Source: an uncultured virus (IMG/VR IMGVR_UViG_3300049744_000074) (Duplodnaviria; Heunggongvirae; Uroviricota; Caudoviricetes). Taken from it: 64,000 nucleotides of DNA. The DNA lies in the IMG/VR virus record IMGVR_UViG_3300049744_000074; one strand, 5' to 3'. Below are positions 9,824 through 19,193 of this stretch, piece after piece (position 1 is the first letter of the stretch; each line of letters opens with the position of its first letter). The notes below the pieces were generated by a model, which was not told the DNA's origin, made no database searches, and saw nothing but the letters and a program-made list of their open reading frames with translations. Position numbers and translations under genes: made by a program.

Positions 9824-10159
9824 TCAAATGGCTTCTTCGATGATGGCGATGGCTCGCCTGTAGGCTTCGCCTTCCGAGCCGTCGGATTCGTCGTAATCGG
9901 CAAGTAGGTTGGCACACTCGATAAGCGACAAGAGCATTTCCGGGGCTGCCACGGCCAGTCGGGCGTTGGCTTCCTGAACCTCTTGGGGCGAATCTTCGTT
10001 GGTATCGAAGAGTTTGTTGCCGTCTGTATCGCAAATCTCAAACGCCGGGATTTCTGTGTCGGCTGCGGGATTGGCTTCGCGAACGGACTCGCTCATCGTG
10101 TAGGGGTTGTATTCGTAGCTCCACGGCGCGGGCGAGTATTTGATGCGAGTGATCGTCAT
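9824..10159 (-). CDS. Small mobile-element protein of the 'ANARLIAAAPE' type
   Basis: YSPAPW...EANARLAVAAPEML. Confidence 0.65.
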   Translation of the reverse strand: MTITRIKYSPAPWSYEYNPYTMSESVREANPAADTEIPAFEICDTDGNKLFDTNEDSPQEVQEANARLAVAAPEMLLSLIECANLLADYDESDGSEGEAYRRAIAIIEEAI

Positions 10160-10224
10160 AGTGTTGATCCTTCCTCCAAGATGGGCGGACCCTGCGGTCC
10201 GCCCGGTTGCTATTGTTGACACCG

Positions 10225-10434
10225 TTATTCTTTGACTTCGGAAAACACGCGGAGCGAGATCCGTCCGTCCAGGGGCACGCAGGCGACTTCGATATTGAAG
10301 CCTTTGCCATCCTTGTGCGGCCATGCCACACCGATGCGGTTGAAATGGCCTTTGCCCTTGTTTTCCCGCACGTGGTAAGCGATGTGCGAGGGCGATTTAC
10401 CGGAAGTCGAGGCGGTGGTTTGCGTATCAGTCAT
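10225..10434 (-). CDS. Small conserved plasmid protein (possible ssDNA binder)
   Basis: PSHIAYHVRE...RIGVAWPHKDGKGFNI...PLDGRISLR; AAGGAG RBS. Confidence 0.7.
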   Translation of the reverse strand: MTDTQTTASTSGKSPSHIAYHVRENKGKGHFNRIGVAWPHKDGKGFNIEVACVPLDGRISLRVFSEVKE

Positions 10435-10457
10435 GTGAGTTCTCCTTTTTGGTTGTA

Positions 10458-10637
10458 GGCCGCGACTATCGCGTCCTTGTGGAAAACGCCCCGAAGCCGC
10501 GAGAGGCGTGGCGACCCCTTGTCGCGAACCTGTCAACCGAAAGGCCGAAGGCTTCCGCCACTTAGCGGAAAGCGGCCTTGGCAGAGTTGACGGGCACGGC
10601 TGCGGCTTCAGTTTCCACAAGAAGGACGTGGTGCGGC
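10458..10637. repeat. Conserved long hairpin element, copy 2
   Basis: Same core as 5192-5242, with different but complementary outer stems. Confidence 0.8.
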
Positions 10638-10845
10638 CCTATGCCACTGGAGAACGTTTGACGTATTCAAATCACGGTGAGCAACGCCAGCCCGCTACTG
10701 AGCGATGCCCAAGCAACAAAAGAAGGGTAAGCCATGCAACAAAGGGTATCGCTGGCTGCAATCAATGGCAGAGGCTTCTTTGCTGAAGCTGCGTGTGTGG
10801 ACGGCGTGAAGCGTCCGCGATTGCCGTTCAAAAGGATGATTCCGT

Positions 10846-11262
10846 ATGTCGCAACAAGAGCAAGAGGCGTCCGAACCGATTGAAGTGGAAGTCACACGTG
10901 TCGATGGCCAGCCGTCCGGCAACATGACGCCGCCGGAACCGACGAAACTCTCCAAGGGACTGATGCAAATGTTCGGCCTCGATCCGCGTGCGGCGGTGCT
11001 GGTGACGCTGGTGGACCTGATGATGATCGCAATGGACGTGGTGAGCGGCGGCACGTTCATCCTGATCGGCATCGGCGTGGCGGCTTATGTCGCATTCCTG
11101 GTCTACAAGATGCAGCGGAAATTCTTCGGGGACGATCACGACGCCTCGCTTATCAAGGCGATGGTCGTCGGATTGCTCATGGCCATCCCTGTTCCGCTCA
11201 CGCCGATCCTGGCTGTGTTCTGCGGAATTACCGGGGCCGTTCAACTGGTTCGTCGCCGCTGA
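10846..11262 (+). CDS. Multi-pass membrane protein
   Basis: Three to four hydrophobic segments; AAGGA upstream. Confidence 0.7.
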   Translation: MSQQEQEASEPIEVEVTRVDGQPSGNMTPPEPTKLSKGLMQMFGLDPRAAVLVTLVDLMMIAMDVVSGGTFILIGIGVAAYVAFLVYKMQRKFFGDDHDASLIKAMVVGLLMAIPVPLTPILAVFCGITGAVQLVRRR

Positions 11263-11320
11263 GAGTCCGTTAACGGTCGTTAACGAATTGGCAGCTTTTG
11301 AGGCGTAAAATGGACGGACA

Positions 11321-13972
11321 ATGCTGCGGATTATTCAGAATTCATCCGCCGGTAGAGCCAAGAGCTATTACACGTCGCCGAGTACGGCGGACTACTACAC
11401 CGAAGGCCAAGAACTGGAAGGCACTTGGCGAGGGGAAGGTGCCGCCCGGTTGGGTCTGTCGGGCACGGTAGGCAAAGAGGCGTGGGATGCTCTGTGCGAT
11501 AACCGGCATCCGGTCACGGGACAAACACTGACGCTTCGGCGAAAGGATCAGCGTCGGGTGGGCTATGACTTCAACTTTCATGCCCCCAAGAGCCTTTCGG
11601 TGCTCTACGCCCATACCAAAGATGAGCGGCTCATGGACGCGTTCAAGGACGCGGTCGATGAAACGATGCGGGACATGGAATCGGAAATGAAAACCCGCGT
11701 AAGAACTGGAGGCAGCAATGGCGATAAGACCACGGCAAATATGGTCTGGGGCGAATTCGTTCACCTCACCGCAAGGCCCGTCGATGGAGTCCCCGACCCC
11801 CACCTCCACGCCCACTGCTTCGTGTTCAACGCCACATTCGATCCCACAGAAAACCGCTGGAAAGCCGGGCAATTCGGCGACATCAAGCGTGACGCGGGTT
11901 ATTTTGAGGCATCTTTTCATTCACGTCTGGCGGAGAATTTGGGCGAGCTTGGTCTCGCTGTGGACCGGACAAAGTCCGGCTGGGAAATCAAAGGCATCAA
12001 TCCCTCCGTCCTGGAAAAATTCTCCCGGCGGACCAGCCTGATCGAAGAGAAGGCGAAGGAAAAAGGAATCACCGACGCGAAGAAAAAAGCCGAGCTTGGT
12101 GCCAGCACGCGGGAACGCAAACAGAAAGATATGACGTTTGACGGGTTGCGGGCGATGTGGAAAGGCCGCATGTCGCCTGAAGAATTGGCCAGCGTCGAAA
12201 AAACCGCCGAGAGCATCGGCGGCAAGGCGCGGAAAGAAAATGAGCACGCAATTCGGGAGGCCGTCGATCTGGCGGTGGAGCACACGTTTGAACGCAAGTC
12301 GGTGCTCCCCGAACGTCAGCTATTTGCGGCGGCATTGAAACAGAGCGTCGGGAAGGGATCAATCGCATCGGTGCTACGGGAGGTCAACAAACGCGAGTTG
12401 CTTTCCGCCGAGCGGGACGGTCGCCGGTTTGTCACCACGTCCGGCGTCCTCGCCGAAGAAAAGAAGATGCTCGATTTTGCTCGTGCGGGCCGAGGCACGT
12501 GCACGCGACTCCACGGGGACGAGCACCGATTCCAGAATCTCGATCTCAATCGGGGTCAGGTGGCGGCGGTGCTGCACGTGCTGAATTCCCGTGATCGCGT
12601 GATCTTGGTAACCGGCAAGGCGGGTGTGGGCAAGACCTGGATGATGGAGGAAGCCGTCGCCGGAATTAAAGCCGGGGGACACGACGTGATGACCTTCGCA
12701 CCGTCGGCGGATGCCAGCCGGGGCGTGCTGCGTTCGGAAGGATTTGAGAATGCCGACACCGTGGCAAGGCTGCTGGCCGATCCTGCGATGCAGGAAGAAG
12801 CCAAGGGGAAAGTCTGGTGGATTGACGAGGCGGGCTTGATGGGGGTTCGCACGACCTCGCAAGTGTTCGACCTGGCTGAGAAGTTGGACGGGAGAATCGT
12901 ACTTTCCGGGGACCGCAAACAACACGGAAGTGTGGAACGCGGTGCCGCTCTTCGACTGCTGGAAACCGAAGCGGGCCTGATCCCGGCTGAAATCAAGGAA
13001 ATCCAGCGGCAGAAGGGAGCCTATAAGCAAGCGGTGGAAGCATTGTCGGAAGGACGGACGGAAGACGGTTTCGATCAGCTCGACAAACTCGGCTGGATTA
13101 AGGAAATCGACGGGCCTGACCGCTACAAGGTATTGGCCTCTGAATACGTCGCCACGGTCAACAGTGGCAAGTCCGCACTGGTCGTGTCGCCGACGCATTT
13201 GGAAGGCGAAGCGATCACCGATCAAATCCGTTCGGAACTTCGGGAGTCGGGGAAGCTGGGCAAGGAACAGCGGCAATTCATGGTGCTGGAAAATGCCGGT
13301 CTGACGACGGCTCAACGTCGCGACGCGGTGAATTACTCGACGGGCGACGTGCTGGTGTACCATCAAAACGCCAAGGGGCACCGGCGCGGCGAGAAGCTGG
13401 TGGTCGATGGCAAGACGCCGCTGCCGCTTGCCCAAGCGGACCGTTTTCAAGTCTACCACTCCGATGTGCTGTCTCTGTCGCGGGGCGATGTCGTGCGCGT
13501 GACGAAAAACGGTTTTGCGGCGGACGGCGAGCATCGTCTGAATAATGGGGCGCGATATACCGTGAGGGGGTTCGCGAAAAATGGCGACATTGAACTTTCC
13601 AACGGATGGACTGTCTCAAAGGACAATCCATTTTTGACCTATGGGTATGTTGTGACGAGCCACTCCAGCCAAGGAAAAACGGTGGACCGCGTATTCGTCG
13701 GGTCCTCGGCAGCGTCGTCGCCGGCAGCGTCGCGTGAACAGTTTTATGTGTCGGTGTCGCGGGGTCGCGAGCAAGCCGTGATTTTCACGGACGACAAAGA
13801 ATCGCTCCGCGAAGCGGTGGGTCATAGCGACGAACGTTTGTCGGCCACGGAAATGCTGGGACCCAGCGAGCGTCGCGAGCGGCACGCGACGATGGAGCGG
13901 CAGGCCGAACGGGAACAAAGGGAGTCCGTAAAACAAGAGAGAGGTCGAGAGGAGATGAATTATGAGCGATAG
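11321..13972 (+). CDS. MOBF (TrwC-type) relaxase-helicase
   Basis: SYY...DYY catalytic tyrosines, YDFNFHAPKSLS, PHLHAH HUH motif, GKAGVGKT Walker A, DEAG and HSSQGKT. Confidence 0.95.
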   Translation: MLRIIQNSSAGRAKSYYTSPSTADYYTEGQELEGTWRGEGAARLGLSGTVGKEAWDALCDNRHPVTGQTLTLRRKDQRRVGYDFNFHAPKSLSVLYAHTKDERLMDAFKDAVDETMRDMESEMKTRVRTGGSNGDKTTANMVWGEFVHLTARPVDGVPDPHLHAHCFVFNATFDPTENRWKAGQFGDIKRDAGYFEASFHSRLAENLGELGLAVDRTKSGWEIKGINPSVLEKFSRRTSLIEEKAKEKGITDAKKKAELGASTRERKQKDMTFDGLRAMWKGRMSPEELASVEKTAESIGGKARKENEHAIREAVDLAVEHTFERKSVLPERQLFAAALKQSVGKGSIASVLREVNKRELLSAERDGRRFVTTSGVLAEEKKMLDFARAGRGTCTRLHGDEHRFQNLDLNRGQVAAVLHVLNSRDRVILVTGKAGVGKTWMMEEAVAGIKAGGHDVMTFAPSADASRGVLRSEGFENADTVARLLADPAMQEEAKGKVWWIDEAGLMGVRTTSQVFDLAEKLDGRIVLSGDRKQHGSVERGAALRLLETEAGLIPAEIKEIQRQKGAYKQAVEALSEGRTEDGFDQLDKLGWIKEIDGPDRYKVLASEYVATVNSGKSALVVSPTHLEGEAITDQIRSELRESGKLGKEQRQFMVLENAGLTTAQRRDAVNYSTGDVLVYHQNAKGHRRGEKLVVDGKTPLPLAQADRFQVYHSDVLSLSRGDVVRVTKNGFAADGEHRLNNGARYTVRGFAKNGDIELSNGWTVSKDNPFLTYGYVVTSHSSQGKTVDRVFVGSSAASSPAASREQFYVSVSRGREQAVIFTDDKESLREAVGHSDERLSATEMLGPSERRERHATMERQAEREQRESVKQERGREEMNYER

Positions 13973-14369
13973 CATTCTGCAAAAGTACGCCGGTCGCAAC
14001 GGCGAGCAAGGGCCGGATGGAGCGGGCGAGGGCGAGGCCGCTGAGGATTTGGGAGCCTTCGGCTGGCTGCGGGGCCTGCGTGATCGCTCGATCATGCTGG
14101 AACTGAGGAAAAAATCCGGCAACGTCGTGGCCATTGGTTACGGCTGGATTGAGCGAGTCGAGTTTGACCCCTCCGAAGGGATCACGCTTCACGCCCTGGG
14201 CCAGAAGTTTCGTATCAAGGGCCGAAATCTCAATGCGGAAGTCCGTCCGACGATCCGTCTGTTTGAAGGCATCTGCCGTCACCGCGTGTCGTGGATTCGG
14301 GAAGCGGATGACGCGGGCGAAATCGCCAAGGGGAAGGGCGACACGGTGGTGGAGTCCATCGAAGGGTAG
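13962..14369 (+). CDS. Hypothetical protein coupled to the relaxase
   Basis: Overlaps the relaxase stop; GGAG RBS. Confidence 0.7.
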   Translation: MSDSILQKYAGRNGEQGPDGAGEGEAAEDLGAFGWLRGLRDRSIMLELRKKSGNVVAIGYGWIERVEFDPSEGITLHALGQKFRIKGRNLNAEVRPTIRLFEGICRHRVSWIREADDAGEIAKGKGDTVVESIEG

Positions 14370-14467
14370 GCACACAAAATTCCCTCTCGGTAGGAAACAT
14401 CGGGGTGCCGCCGCAGCAATAGGGTGTGTTGGTTGTTTTCATTCACCCCCTTTTCGGAGGATTCCAA

Positions 14468-14686
14468 ATGTCTGACCATACCAAACGCAAGGTTTTTGGG
14501 GCCGCGAAGCTGGTCGGCGGCGTGGCCCGCATAGCCAGCGGCGTTGCCACTGGATGCGGCGTCGGCATCCTGGGTTCGTTTATGAAGCACCACGGTATGC
14601 GGGTCGCGGCGGCCAAATTGGCGAACTACTCCATCAACGGCGGCAAGGAAATGTTCAAGAGCGGATTGCGAGACTTGCGGGAATAG
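14468..14686 (+). CDS. Small basic hypothetical protein
   Basis: GGAGG RBS before MSDHTKRK. Confidence 0.55.
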   Translation: MSDHTKRKVFGAAKLVGGVARIASGVATGCGVGILGSFMKHHGMRVAAAKLANYSINGGKEMFKSGLRDLRE

Positions 14687-14845
14687 TTCACGGAAAACAG
14701 GTGTTTTCCGTGAAGGCTGTGACAGGTGATGGGTCGAGTTGGCGTTTTCGCCGACTTCGACCCGTCACCGTTGACGAAAACCCTTGACGGAAACCTCGTC
14801 CTGTGATTTGGTCACGGAAACTACTTCGATAGATGGTTTTCGTGA
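14687..14845. promoter_or_regulatory. Putative res site (resolvase binding subsites)
   Basis: Palindrome TTCACGGAAAAC-AGGT-GTTTTCCGTGAA at 14687-14714; related half-sites at 14771-14794 and 14812-14845. Confidence 0.7.
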
Positions 14846-14846
14846 A

Positions 14847-15419
14847 ATGCTGGTGGGCTATGTGAGGGTATCGACGGCGGATGATCGGCAAAGCACCGAT
14901 CTGCAACGCGACGCGTTGCGATCTGCCCGAGTCGATGAGCGGAATATTCATGAAGATCGAGCGTCGGGGGCGCGGGATGGCCGACCCGGCCTAAAGGCGT
15001 GCCTGGAATATCTGCACCGGGGCGACGTGCTGGTGGTCTGGAAGCTGGATCGCCTCGGTCGCTCCCTCTCGCACCTGATGCAAATCGTGGACGATCTGCG
15101 AGTGCGTGGCGTCGGCCTCCGGTCGCTGACGGAGACTATCGACACGACGACCTCGATGGGCGAGTTGATGTTTCATTTCTTTGGGGCACTGGCCCAATAT
15201 GAGCGGTCACTGATTCAGGAACGGGTCAATGCCGGATTAGTCGCGGCGGCTCGCCGGGGCCGGTTCGGGGGACGCCCACGGAAATTGAATCCGGAGAAAA
15301 TCGACGCGGCACAAGCTCTCATTGCAGGCGGGATGACGCCTTCGGGCGCGGCCCGGTCGCTTGGCGTCCCTCGATCCACCCTTGTCGATTCACTGCGGCG
15401 GGTTTTGTCCGATGGATGA
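14847..15419 (+). CDS. Small serine resolvase/invertase
   Basis: GYVRVST, LVVWKLDRLGRSL, GGRP and a C-terminal HTH. Confidence 0.95.
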   Translation: MLVGYVRVSTADDRQSTDLQRDALRSARVDERNIHEDRASGARDGRPGLKACLEYLHRGDVLVVWKLDRLGRSLSHLMQIVDDLRVRGVGLRSLTETIDTTTSMGELMFHFFGALAQYERSLIQERVNAGLVAAARRGRFGGRPRKLNPEKIDAAQALIAGGMTPSGAARSLGVPRSTLVDSLRRVLSDG

Positions 15420-15747
15420 TCTGCTGAATATCACGTTGGAAGCCCATCATGCCGCTGGCAATCATCATCGGTGGTACAGCGTGTCGGTCGGGATCGACCT
15501 TCTGCACCATTGGTCGGTCCGCATCCGGTACGGAAGATGCGGCACTCGGGGACAGGAGCGGCATTTTGCCGGGGCGGAAATTGCCTCGATGCGACAGGTC
15601 GTGCGGAAGCATCTACATCGGCGACTTTCCGCCCGGAAGCGGATCGGATGTGCCTACCGGATCACTGCATTGACCATGCAACCGGGATTCGATGCCGCTT
15701 CTTGGCTGCCAGACGATCTGCTGGCGAGATTCTACTCCGGGAATTGA
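15412..15747 (+). CDS. WGR-domain protein
   Basis: RWYSVSVGIDLL..WSVRIRYGRCGTRG. Confidence 0.75.
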   Translation: MDDLLNITLEAHHAAGNHHRWYSVSVGIDLLHHWSVRIRYGRCGTRGQERHFAGAEIASMRQVVRKHLHRRLSARKRIGCAYRITALTMQPGFDAASWLPDDLLARFYSGN

Positions 15748-15913
15748 AGCGAACGGATTGCCGCACAGTCACGCCCCATTTCATGGTGACGGCGAGAATG
15801 CCGTCTATGCAGCATAAAGGACCGAAGCGAATATAATCGCGGGCCTTGCGGGCGTAGCTTTGAGGAACGCGAGAACCGGCACGCCTGCTTTACGTCGTGA
15901 ATGAGGTGGCAAC

Positions 15914-17872
15914 TTGGCTACCGCGAGTCGTGCGAATTACCCTTTCGGCATTGGTGAGATTGTCTCGGCGAGGGCACGCAAGGGGATTCGTGAATTCCTG
16001 GCCTCACTGGATGACGATGAAGGGTTTTTGGGCAAATTCCCAAGGGCCATTGCGGAGCTTGCGAAGGTAAGTGAGGAAGGCGTCGCGGCCATGACGGAGC
16101 ACCTGGATTCCGAGAAGCCGCGGCATCGCCTGATGGCGTCATATATGCTGTTGTCGATGTCGCAACAACGTCCGGCATCGGTAACGCGGGCGGCATTCGA
16201 GCGGGCCGAAGCCGTCATGCTCGATGCACTCAACAGTAAGGACGAAGATACGTGCCCACTGGCCGCTGCGTTGATTTCCAACGGCGGCGTGACGCCTAAG
16301 GTTGCTGCGGTGCTGGAAGAATTCTTGAGGGATGAGTCACAACCCTTCCTGAGGGTATTCGCCGCTGTGGGGCTGCTTCGGAAACGGGACGGGCAGACTC
16401 CAAATAAAAAAGCGGAGACGGTTTTGCAAGCGGCCCTCTATGGCAAGACTGAAATTTTGGCGGGTCTCGCGGGCGCCACGATGCTGCAACTGAACATCGC
16501 AGGCAGCCCTGACCGAAGGAAGGTCATCGAACAATTGCCGCTGATCGGTGAGAACGGACAATTTCAGATCCTCGTCACGCTGAAACATTTTGGCGGTGAG
16601 ACGGAAGACTTTTACGATGTGCTGGTCGAATTGCTGGAAAATCGTTCCGTACATAAAGCCGTGCGGCAGGAAGCCGCGTTGCTTCTGGGCCGCATGAGTC
16701 GGTCGAGCGATAAGGCGATGCCTTTACTGCTGGAGTCCCTTCGTAGCAAACTTTGGGAAGTCGTGACGGGCGCGGTGCAAGGGCTTGAAGAAAGCCAGCG
16801 GATACCGGATGACAAAAATGCCACTAAAGCCGTGGCCCATCTGATCACGTTGCTGTCCCATGCCGAACCGGAAATGCGGAGTGCCGCTGCACACGGGATT
16901 CCGCTCATGGGTGATGCCCGCAATGAAGGGATTCCCGCGTTAGTCGCACGGTTGCGTGAGGAACGCAACGGCGACGTTTGCGTGGAGATTGTGATGGCAT
17001 TGAGTGGCATCGGCGAGCCTGCGATCCCCGCCTTGATTGGTGCAATACAGGAAGGCGAAGCCTGGAACGTAGAACACCTTGTGAGGGCGTTAGGAAACAT
17101 TGGCGAGAAAGCCGCCATCACAATTGCCGAGTTGCTTCCGAAAACTGTGGGCCGGGTAAGTGAAATGTTGGTGGGTGTTCTGATGTCGTTGGGGTCGGAA
17201 GCAAAGTCTGCCGTGGGGCTGCTGGCCCGGATGCTCGATGAAACGGAAGAACAAGCTGCGGCGATCACCGTTGCGATGGCGATCTTCTTCTGCGGGCGAT
17301 CTGCTGGGGAGGCCATTCCAGCCCTAATTCGTTGTATAGCGGGGCGGGAAGCGAACGATCAGGTGGTGCTGTGGGCAGAACGTTCACTCTGGTGCATGCG
17401 TGAGGAATCACTTCCTGCACTCAAACTCGCGGTTGCGGGAACGGATGGAGACGAGAGAGATCGTCTTGAGCGTGTGGTGGCAGGGATGGAAACGCCGATC
17501 ACCAACGGTTTCTCACGGCTGGACGATCTGCAATGTGATGAATTGATCGAACTATTCGTTGCCATCGGCGGGGCGTTGGAAGGTGACGCACGAATGAACT
17601 GGCCAAAGATTACGACGGTCATCGCGGGAAAGTCCAAACGAAAGGAATTCCAGTATCCACAAAAGGGGCTTGGCGAGCGAAATCTGCAAAATAAGATGAA
17701 ATCATTGGAGGGGTTGCTCGCAAAGTATTATGGCAAGAAGGTCATCCTGACCACGCAAGGTCGCAATCGGCCCTGTACCCTGACTGCCGAAGGCAAGGCA
17801 TTTTTGGGTGAGGGCCGGGAATATTTGCAGCTCAAGGCGTCGCTGCGGAAGCAAGAGCGAAAGAAAGGTTGA
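15914..17872 (+). CDS. HEAT-repeat protein with C-terminal winged-helix-like region
   Basis: Repeated VRQEAALLLG, MRSAAAHGI and AIPALI helices; C-terminal ..KMKSLEGLL...LTAEGKAFL resembles a LysR-type HTH. Confidence 0.7.
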   Translation: MATASRANYPFGIGEIVSARARKGIREFLASLDDDEGFLGKFPRAIAELAKVSEEGVAAMTEHLDSEKPRHRLMASYMLLSMSQQRPASVTRAAFERAEAVMLDALNSKDEDTCPLAAALISNGGVTPKVAAVLEEFLRDESQPFLRVFAAVGLLRKRDGQTPNKKAETVLQAALYGKTEILAGLAGATMLQLNIAGSPDRRKVIEQLPLIGENGQFQILVTLKHFGGETEDFYDVLVELLENRSVHKAVRQEAALLLGRMSRSSDKAMPLLLESLRSKLWEVVTGAVQGLEESQRIPDDKNATKAVAHLITLLSHAEPEMRSAAAHGIPLMGDARNEGIPALVARLREERNGDVCVEIVMALSGIGEPAIPALIGAIQEGEAWNVEHLVRALGNIGEKAAITIAELLPKTVGRVSEMLVGVLMSLGSEAKSAVGLLARMLDETEEQAAAITVAMAIFFCGRSAGEAIPALIRCIAGREANDQVVLWAERSLWCMREESLPALKLAVAGTDGDERDRLERVVAGMETPITNGFSRLDDLQCDELIELFVAIGGALEGDARMNWPKITTVIAGKSKRKEFQYPQKGLGERNLQNKMKSLEGLLAKYYGKKVILTTQGRNRPCTLTAEGKAFLGEGREYLQLKASLRKQERKKG

Positions 17873-17931
17873 CAGGTTGCAAAGTGTATGACATTGAAAC
17901 AAGAGTACATTATCAACCCTCGTATATTGGC

Positions 17932-18288
17932 ATGGCACAGAAGCCCGCTCTTGATTTGAGTCTCATACCGTTTCCAAGCGATCAAATCACTGTTGGACAG
18001 ATTCGGCGCGAGCAGCCGGACCTATTCGAGGATGCTTTGGAGTTTTCCCGCAGCCATCTGGACGCGTTCAATGCGGGTGCCACGATTCGCGATGAATTAA
18101 TGTTGGTGAATAATGCCTTTGCTGGGAGTCAGGACCGGCAGACGGAAGACGAACGCCGGGAAATCCTGCATCGGCTCAATGATGATTATTGCCGTTATGG
18201 AATCAGCAGCGGTTTGCAACAAACCCAGCAGTTGGTGCGGGAAATGGAAGCGGCAGCGGAGCGGCAAGCGGGCACCGGGCGGGCCTAA
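17932..18288 (+). CDS. Hypothetical protein
   Basis: ORF downstream of the HEAT gene; start uncertain. Confidence 0.5.
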   Translation: MAQKPALDLSLIPFPSDQITVGQIRREQPDLFEDALEFSRSHLDAFNAGATIRDELMLVNNAFAGSQDRQTEDERREILHRLNDDYCRYGISSGLQQTQQLVREMEAAAERQAGTGRA

Positions 18289-18477
18289 CTTTCTTCGCAA
18301 TTTCCCCATTTTTCCTGCGATTTAGCTCACTTTTTCATTCGGCTGAAATGATTCCGCAAGAAGTTTGCGGAATGTGCCGATTTTTCCGCCATCAATAAAA
18401 CAAGAAGGGTCACGGTCGTTTGGGTTCCCACTCACGGCGAGGGGAATCAAGCACCGCCTTGAAAAAGGAACCCTTCC

Positions 18478-19116
18478 ATGCGTCAGTCATTCTTAGCGTC
18501 GGGTGCCCACGGGTCAAATGGAAATAGCAGCTTTTGCTGGATGGAGCCGGGCACGCTCCAGTGCGGCCAGCTATTTCCGCATGTTCAGCCCTCGGCAAAG
18601 GAGCCACTGCAACGCGTTGCGTTGAAGGAACTGCGGGACCGCGTGGCGGCAGTGCTGCGGCGGATGGACTTTCACGATCCGAATGTGATCGAGGAAGCGA
18701 CGCAACGCGTCGCGTGCCGTCTGGATCATCTGCTTGCGAAATACGATTCGAGCAAAGGCACGCTTGACCATTATCTCTACCGCTGCATCCGGCTGGTCGC
18801 CTTCGAGGGCTTCCGCTTTGAGCACGGGCCGGTTCTCAAGAAACGGAAGGTCGAGCGACTCGGGGACTCAGCGGATATTTCGTTGGAACGGTTGGGGCTG
18901 CCCAGCGATTCGGTAGAGATCGAAGAACTCTTTGAATTGGTGCTTACCTGGATCAAGGAACTGCCCGAGTGCGAACGCGAAGCGGTGACTCTGTGGTTTC
19001 TGTGTCCGGCCAAAAGTCCCGAGAGTCCTGAGGTGGCGGCTCGCCACCGCACGAACCGATGCCGTGGCCTTAAGAAACTGCGGACGCGTGCGGAAGCCTG
19101 GCTGCGGTCGCTCTAA
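18478..19116 (+). CDS. ECF-like sigma factor (degenerate); start uncertain
   Basis: EEATQ...KYDSSKGTLDHYLYR (region 2); IKELPECEREAVTL...RCRGLKKLR (region 4). Confidence 0.65.
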   Translation: MRQSFLASGAHGSNGNSSFCWMEPGTLQCGQLFPHVQPSAKEPLQRVALKELRDRVAAVLRRMDFHDPNVIEEATQRVACRLDHLLAKYDSSKGTLDHYLYRCIRLVAFEGFRFEHGPVLKKRKVERLGDSADISLERLGLPSDSVEIEELFELVLTWIKELPECEREAVTLWFLCPAKSPESPEVAARHRTNRCRGLKKLRTRAEAWLRSL

Positions 19117-19142
19117 CGGCAAATCATGTCCTGAGTATTCAG

Positions 19143-19180
19143 GTCCGGGTCCGGCGTCGGCCCCGGACTTTTTTCTTTTT
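19143..19180 (+). terminator. Intrinsic terminator
   Basis: gtccgggtccgg..cggccccggac hairpin followed by a T run. Confidence 0.6.
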
Positions 19181-19193
19181 AAGGAGTCGAATC

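Noticed and set aside
10640..11320. oriT/nic site
   Set aside because: The position is plausible (TGCGTGTGTGG near 10790; GTTAAC palindromes at 11266-11286), but there is no clear match to known MOBF nic sequences
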